This document shows positions 59,135 through 64,000 of a stretch of 64,000 nucleotides of DNA, piece by piece. The stretch lies in contig JAJDCB010000028.1 of assembly GCA_029261065.1 (NCBI GenBank), positions 447 through 64,446 on the forward strand, written 5' to 3'. Every line of letters begins with the position of its first letter. Position 1 is the first letter of the stretch. This DNA is from Candidatus Omnitrophota bacterium (lineage in GTDB: Bacteria; Omnitrophota; Gorgyraeia; Zapsychrales; Zapsychraceae). The notes beneath the pieces are model-generated. The model was given only the letters and a program-made list of their open reading frames with translations, did no database searches and was not told the origin of the DNA. The translations under genes were made by a program, and so were the position numbers.

Positions 59135-60493
59135 ATGAAAATTATTTCAATCGCAAATCAAAAAGGTGGTTGCGGTAAGACGACCACAGCGATTAATTTA
59201 GCAGCGGCGTTAGGCCTAAACGGCAAGAGGGTCATGTTGCTGGATTTGGATCCACAAGCGCACGCTTCTTTAGGTTTGGACATTGAGAGCCAAGACAGTT
59301 TGTATAATGTCATCTCCAATCTCACACCTCGTAAATTAAAGATTGAAAATATTATCAAAAGTGTTGAAGGGATTTTTGATATTGTCCCATCGAACATTCT
59401 TGTCGGAACTTTAGAGCAGGAATTGGCCGATGAGATTGGACGAGAGTTAAAGTTAACAGAAATTTTAAAAGCTGTTGAAGGCCAATATGATTATGTTTTG
59501 ATTGATTGTCCACCTAGTTTAGGAATTTTAACGGTCAATGCATTGCGTGCTAGTAATGAATTGATTATTCCAGTTGAAACAAGCCGTTTTTCCATGCAAG
59601 GGGTAGATCATTTGACAGACATCGTTAATTTAGTTAAAGATCGATTAAATCATACAGTTAAAAGTAATATATTAGTTACGATGTTTGATTCTCGTTTACG
59701 TCATTCTTTTGCAATGTTATCAACATTTAAGGAACGTTTTACAGGGTTGTTGTTTGATACGATTATCCATATTAATGTTAAGCTTAAAGAGTCCGCGGTT
59801 ATGGGAAAGCCTGTGTCAAGTTATGACAAATATTGTCGAGGATCAAAGGATTATTATTCTTTAGCAAAAGAGATGATTTCGATTGAGGCTCAGGAAGAAA
59901 GAAGACTTGAAGAGGCTCAAGAAACCGCTCAAGAAGAAGATGAGCCAAAAGATAGTCGTATTGAAAAGGTTGTCCGCGCTATTCGTGAAGCTCAAGAAGA
60001 GCAAAAGGTCGCTAAAGAACAAAGACAAGAAGTTAAGGCACAAGAAAAAGAAGCTAAAGCAGTAGCTAAGGAAGACGCCGCCAAAGCTGAAGAAAAAAGT
60101 GCCGAGACTAAGAAACCTCGTGTTAAAGTAACCCCGGAGGCAAAAGAAGCTCCAGATTTTAAACCCCTGTCCGATAAAATGAAGGCAGTGGTTAAAAAAG
60201 AAGTTCAAGATTTAATGGAGACAAAATTTTGGATTGATGCCGCTGGTGCAAAATCCGTTTATGTTACAGGAAGTTTTAATGATTGGTCGTTAGATGAAAA
60301 TTGTCGTCTCAAAAATAACAACGGCCGATGGGAAGCATCCATCCCTCTTAAGGGTGGAGTTTACAAATATCAATTTATTGTTGATGGTGTTTGGAGAGAA
60401 GATCCCAATAATCCGAGAAAAGAAAGAAACTCATTTGGCGATATTAACTCTCTTGTTGAGGTAAGCACCGATGGGCAAACGCAAGCCGTCTGA
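59135..60493 (+). CDS. ParA/Soj-family ATPase fused via a charged linker to an AMPK-beta-type glycogen-binding domain (CBM48)
   Basis: NQKGGCGKTT, DLDPQ, IDCPPSLG; E/K/A-rich linker; C-terminal AKSVYVTGSFNDW...W...I.L..G.YKYQFIVDGVW.EDPNN...NSFG.INS. Confidence 0.9.
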   Translation: MKIISIANQKGGCGKTTTAINLAAALGLNGKRVMLLDLDPQAHASLGLDIESQDSLYNVISNLTPRKLKIENIIKSVEGIFDIVPSNILVGTLEQELADEIGRELKLTEILKAVEGQYDYVLIDCPPSLGILTVNALRASNELIIPVETSRFSMQGVDHLTDIVNLVKDRLNHTVKSNILVTMFDSRLRHSFAMLSTFKERFTGLLFDTIIHINVKLKESAVMGKPVSSYDKYCRGSKDYYSLAKEMISIEAQEERRLEEAQETAQEEDEPKDSRIEKVVRAIREAQEEQKVAKEQRQEVKAQEKEAKAVAKEDAAKAEEKSAETKKPRVKVTPEAKEAPDFKPLSDKMKAVVKKEVQDLMETKFWIDAAGAKSVYVTGSFNDWSLDENCRLKNNNGRWEASIPLKGGVYKYQFIVDGVWREDPNNPRKERNSFGDINSLVEVSTDGQTQAV

Positions 60494-60797
60494 GAATGAG
60501 CTGATTCTTGAAGGGAAAACGTTTGCCATATTATCCTACCTTTCTATTTGTTGTATCATTCCTCTAGTATTCAAAAAAGACAATGAATTTGTCCTAAGAC
60601 ACAGTAAACAGGGTCTTGTATTGTTTGTAGCCGAGGTAGCTATTTTCGTCTTGCATATTTTATTAGGTGTTTGGATATGGAAGTGGGGAATGTTTATCTT
60701 AGGATCTCTTTCTTTTATTGGTATTATTTTTGTTTTAAGAGGGCAGTATGTTAATCTGCCTATCATTTCAGATATCGCCGAAAAATTAACAATTTAA
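60471..60797 (+). CDS. DUF4870-like membrane protein
   Basis: AILSYL..IIPL...D.EFV..H.KQGLVL...G....LPII. Confidence 0.75.
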   Translation: MGKRKPSENELILEGKTFAILSYLSICCIIPLVFKKDNEFVLRHSKQGLVLFVAEVAIFVLHILLGVWIWKWGMFILGSLSFIGIIFVLRGQYVNLPIISDIAEKLTI

Positions 60798-60823
60798 CTC
60801 CTTTCTTAGAAGAAGACTTTTTT

Positions 60824-61393
60824 ATGTCGCGGCTTGACAATTTTCTAAAATCTTTATCTCAATTTTTTCATCTTCCCAAAAAGACTTCTCGTAAAAAGAA
60901 AGTCACTCCAAAAAAGAAAACAAAAAAAACAACTGCAAAAAAGATAAAGCGTGCTGTTAAGAAAAAATCAGCAGCTAAATCCAAGTCAACAAAGACTAAA
61001 AAGAGTGTTGCCAAAAAGAAGAAAACGGCGACTGTTAAGAAAAAGAAGTCTGTTAAAAAGGTAGCTAAAAAAACCAAGGTTAGTTCAAAGCCTAAAAAGA
61101 AGACTTCTCTAAAAAAAGTTAAAACTCCAGAGTTTGAGGGGGAACACGTGGGAGAAGTGACTCATTTTTTTCCAAAAATTCAGGTGATTGTACTAAAAAT
61201 GGAGAAAGCTAAGCTCAAGCTAGGAGACACAATTCATCTGAAAGGTCCCCAAACAGATTTTAAACAGCGTATTGATTCTCTTCAAATTGAAAGCCGTGAT
61301 GTTAAGTCAGCCAAAAAGGGCCAATTGGTTGGATTAAAAGTGAAAAAAAAGGCAAAAATCGGAGATAAGTGCTTTAAAACAATAAATTTATGA
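60824..61393 (+). CDS. Lys-rich (histone H1-like) region fused to an EF-Tu domain II-like/U32 C-terminal beta-barrel
   Basis: ~85 aa of K/T/A/S repeats, then VGEVTHFFPKIQV...L.LGD.I..KG..TDF.Q.I.SLQI...A..G..VGLK. Confidence 0.78.
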   Translation: MSRLDNFLKSLSQFFHLPKKTSRKKKVTPKKKTKKTTAKKIKRAVKKKSAAKSKSTKTKKSVAKKKKTATVKKKKSVKKVAKKTKVSSKPKKKTSLKKVKTPEFEGEHVGEVTHFFPKIQVIVLKMEKAKLKLGDTIHLKGPQTDFKQRIDSLQIESRDVKSAKKGQLVGLKVKKKAKIGDKCFKTINL

Positions 61394-61406
61394 ATTCTGA
61401 CAATTT

Positions 61407-61436
61407 TTGACATTTCTTGGTCTTTTTAGTAATAAT
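61407..61436 (+). promoter_or_regulatory. Putative promoter of the pilin-like gene
   Basis: TTGACA followed after 17-18 nt by TAATAA/AATAAT in an AT-rich intergenic region. Confidence 0.45.
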
Positions 61437-61500
61437 ATGTTATATTTATATTAAAGTTTAGTTTATGTTCCAAAAATTTTAATTTTGATACCCCCTACAA

Positions 61501-64000
61501 ATGAGTAAGATTAATAAAAAAGGCCAAAATGCTGTTGAATACTTGCTTATGATTGCAAGTATTGTCTTACTGCTCATCATTGTCCTTGGCCCCAATGGAT
61601 TTCTCACCAAAAGTATTAATGATTCTTTAAATCAAGCTGTTGATGGCATTGATAGTCTTTCCAATTCACTGTGTTTTGGTGTTGGAGGAGGAACGTGCGT
61701 TTGTGGAGACGGTGTCATTGATCCTGACGAAGATTGTGATGATAGTAATACTGATGCGACAGATGGATGCCATAATTGTAGAAGAACGGGTGTTTGTGGT
61801 AACGCTTTACTTGAAGCAGGGGAGGATTGCGAGCCATCAGGTCCAGCAGATACGACGTGTACGCAAAGTTGTAAATTTCCAGCAGGTGTTAATTTTTGCG
61901 GAAACAATGCTTGCGATGGAGCTGAGAACTGTAACTCGTGTCCTTTAGATTGTGGGAATTGTTGTGGACAGTTGGGTTGTCAGGCTGGTTTTGGGGAAAC
62001 CTGTGCGACATGTCCTGGAGATTGTCCTGTTCCAGGATCCCCATTTGGACCTTGTTGCGGGGATGCTATTTGTAATTTATCCGAAACATTTCTTACGTGT
62101 CCAGCGGATTGTGTGAATACATGTGGAAATAATATTTGTAATACTGGAGAGACGTGTGCGACGTGTCCTGGAGATTGTGGCGCTTGTCCAGCTAATATTT
62201 GTGGGGATGGGCAATGTGATTCTGGTGAGGATTGTAATGGGTGTCCTGGTGATTGTGGAGCTTGCTGTCCCAATGGAGCATGCGATTTTGGCGAAGATTG
62301 TTCATCTTGTGAAGCAGATTGTGGGGCGTGTTCTCCAGGTGGCTGTGGGACTGATAGTTTTTGTGATGTGGGTGCCGGAGAAACCTGTAGCAGTTGTCCA
62401 GAGTGCTGTTGTGGGGATAACTTTTGTGATGCTTCTCCTACGGGTGGAGAAACATGTTCAAATTGTCCAATCGACTGCGGGGCGTGTTGTGGGGATAATG
62501 TTTGTAATACATCTCAAGGAGAGGATTGTTCAACGTGTTTTGCTGATTGTGGGGGATGTGGTATTTGCGGAGATGGCCCTTGTTTAGCTATTGATGGTGA
62601 AAACTGTTCTACTTGTCCTTTAGATTGTGGCTCTTGTCCATCAATTTGTCCTGATGGAACCTGTTTAGGCGTTACCATAGTCGCTGGCGTACCAATCCCT
62701 GAAGACTGTGCTAGTTGTCCCCAGGATTGTGGATCTTGCCAGCCAGGATGTGGTGATGGTTCGGGATGTGATGCAACAGCAGGTGAAAATTGTTTAAATT
62801 GTTCTCCTGATTGTGGTGGGTGTTGTGGAAATGGTATTTGTGATTTTTTTGAAGATGTTTTTACATGTCAAGTCGATTGCGATGATGTGTGTGGGGATTT
62901 CTTTTGTAGTGATTCAGAAGATTGTTTAGGTTGTCCCCTAGATTGTGGAGCGTGTGAAGTTGCTTGTACGGATTTAGGGAGTACTGGAGATAACATTTGT
63001 TCTCCTCCTATGGAGACGTGTTTAACGTGTCCAAGTGAGTGTGGTGCTTGTTCTGCTGTTGGATGTGGTAACGGTACTTGTGAAATTATTGAGAACTGCT
63101 TTACGTGTTCGTTTGATTGTGGGGTATGTTGTGGAGATGGAACATGTACCATAGGAGTTGAAGATTGTATAAGTTGTTCATCGGACTGTGGAGACTGTTC
63201 TGACTGTGGTAATAATAATTGTGACGCGGGAGAAACCTGTTTTAATTGTTCTGACGATTGTTCACTGTGTTGTGGTGATGGAGACTGTTCTGTTCTTGAG
63301 AATTGTAGTGTTTGTCCAGCAGACTGTGGAAATTGTCAAACACCCTGTGGCAATGGAACGTGCGATATTGGGGAAACTTGTTATACATGCCCACAGGATT
63401 GTTTTTCACCCACGACAGGATGTTGCGGCGATGGCGCTTGTCCTGTCTTTATCGAAAATTGTTCAACGTGTCGTGCCGATTGTGGAGATTGTGATGATTG
63501 TGGAGATGGAGATTGTAACACGTTAGATGGGGAAAGTTGTTTGAGTTGTCAGGATGATTGTGGTCTGTGTTGTGGAGATACAGTTTGTGATACGGACACA
63601 GAAACATGTGAAACATGTCCTACCGATTGCTGTCCAAGTTGTGGGGATAATAATCTCGATGCAGGTGAAGAATGTGATGATGGGAATAACGCTTCCGGAG
63701 ATGGCTGTGCCGGCGATTGTACGAATGAACCTCTAAATTGTGGGGATTGTATCGTGCAAGCCGGGGAAGATTGTGATGATTGTAATAATGTCGATAATGA
63801 TGGATGTACCAATCTGTGTCGGGGGGGCGTGTGTGGAGATAGTGTTGTCAATACAGGAGAACAATGTGATCCTCCGGATGTGGCCACTGGTTGTAATGCT
63901 TTTTGTAATTTTGAATTTTGTGGGGATGGTGATATCCAAACGGGTGAAGATTGTGATCCTCCTAGTGCAGGTACTTGCTCCTCTACTTGTAAATTTATAG
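61501..64000 (+). CDS. Class III signal peptide (type IV pilin-like) protein with long Cys-rich repeat region, 3'-partial (>830 aa)
   Basis: Manual translation gives MSKINKKG/QNAVEYLLMIASIVLLLIIVLG, then CGDGVIDPDEDCDD and many CGDGxCxxxExCxxCPxDC units. The frame is still open at 63961-63999 (PSAGTCSSTCKFI); the gene is absent from the ORF track because it has no stop. Confidence 0.92.
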   Translation, partial: MSKINKKGQNAVEYLLMIASIVLLLIIVLGPNGFLTKSINDSLNQAVDGIDSLSNSLCFGVGGGTCVCGDGVIDPDEDCDDSNTDATDGCHNCRRTGVCGNALLEAGEDCEPSGPADTTCTQSCKFPAGVNFCGNNACDGAENCNSCPLDCGNCCGQLGCQAGFGETCATCPGDCPVPGSPFGPCCGDAICNLSETFLTCPADCVNTCGNNICNTGETCATCPGDCGACPANICGDGQCDSGEDCNGCPGDCGACCPNGACDFGEDCSSCEADCGACSPGGCGTDSFCDVGAGETCSSCPECCCGDNFCDASPTGGETCSNCPIDCGACCGDNVCNTSQGEDCSTCFADCGGCGICGDGPCLAIDGENCSTCPLDCGSCPSICPDGTCLGVTIVAGVPIPEDCASCPQDCGSCQPGCGDGSGCDATAGENCLNCSPDCGGCCGNGICDFFEDVFTCQVDCDDVCGDFFCSDSEDCLGCPLDCGACEVACTDLGSTGDNICSPPMETCLTCPSECGACSAVGCGNGTCEIIENCFTCSFDCGVCCGDGTCTIGVEDCISCSSDCGDCSDCGNNNCDAGETCFNCSDDCSLCCGDGDCSVLENCSVCPADCGNCQTPCGNGTCDIGETCYTCPQDCFSPTTGCCGDGACPVFIENCSTCRADCGDCDDCGDGDCNTLDGESCLSCQDDCGLCCGDTVCDTDTETCETCPTDCCPSCGDNNLDAGEECDDGNNASGDGCAGDCTNEPLNCGDCIVQAGEDCDDCNNVDNDGCTNLCRGGVCGDSVVNTGEQCDPPDVATGCNAFCNFEFCGDGDIQTGEDCDPPSAGTCSSTCKFI

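Noticed and set aside
61632-64000. Short ORFs on both strands, including 63740..64000
   Set aside because: Off-frame shadows of the Cys-rich pilin-like gene that starts at 61501
1-64000. Alternative genetic code as the reason for missing ORFs
   Set aside because: Ordinary genes end in TAA, TAG and TGA at expected lengths; the missing genes are simply truncated by the window edges

Overview
AT-rich bacterial chromosomal window. Gene content (giant secreted protein, KGQ-type pilin, TMTC-like glycosyltransferase, alginate-export-type porin, dimeric GlyRS, NfnAB) suggests a PVC-group organism such as Ca. Omnitrophota; this is an inference. The ORF track misses the two most striking genes because both run off the window without a stop codon. 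(1) A minus-strand giant gene from 17977 to <1 (>=5,990 aa) encodes a signal peptide, 2 fn3 domains, ~5 kb of Cys-rich CGDG..CDDGN repeats, five pectin-lyase-like beta-helices, and Ig/PKD, CBM9-like and discoidin modules. (2) A plus-strand gene from 61501 to >64000 encodes a class III (type IV pilin) signal peptide fused to >800 aa of Cys-rich repeats. Between them lie a DUF3015/DUF4105 pair, rsmB-like methyltransferase, glycosyltransferases, orphan astB, an NTase plus small partner, an archaeal-type Hel308 helicase, dtd, tatD, polX, nfnAB, panB, glyQS, ppdK, a sigma-70 factor coupled to an HTH-less LacI-type sensor, apt, a TMTC-like GT-C, tRNA-Arg(CCT), a porin and a CBM11-like membrane protein. 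The best candidate for an undescribed system is an orphan ParA ATPase fused to an AMPK-type glycogen-binding CBM48 domain. Non-coding signals include paired and nested TGTC/CGTC REP-like palindromes and a convergent 26-bp-period GTGGTC array upstream of glyQS.
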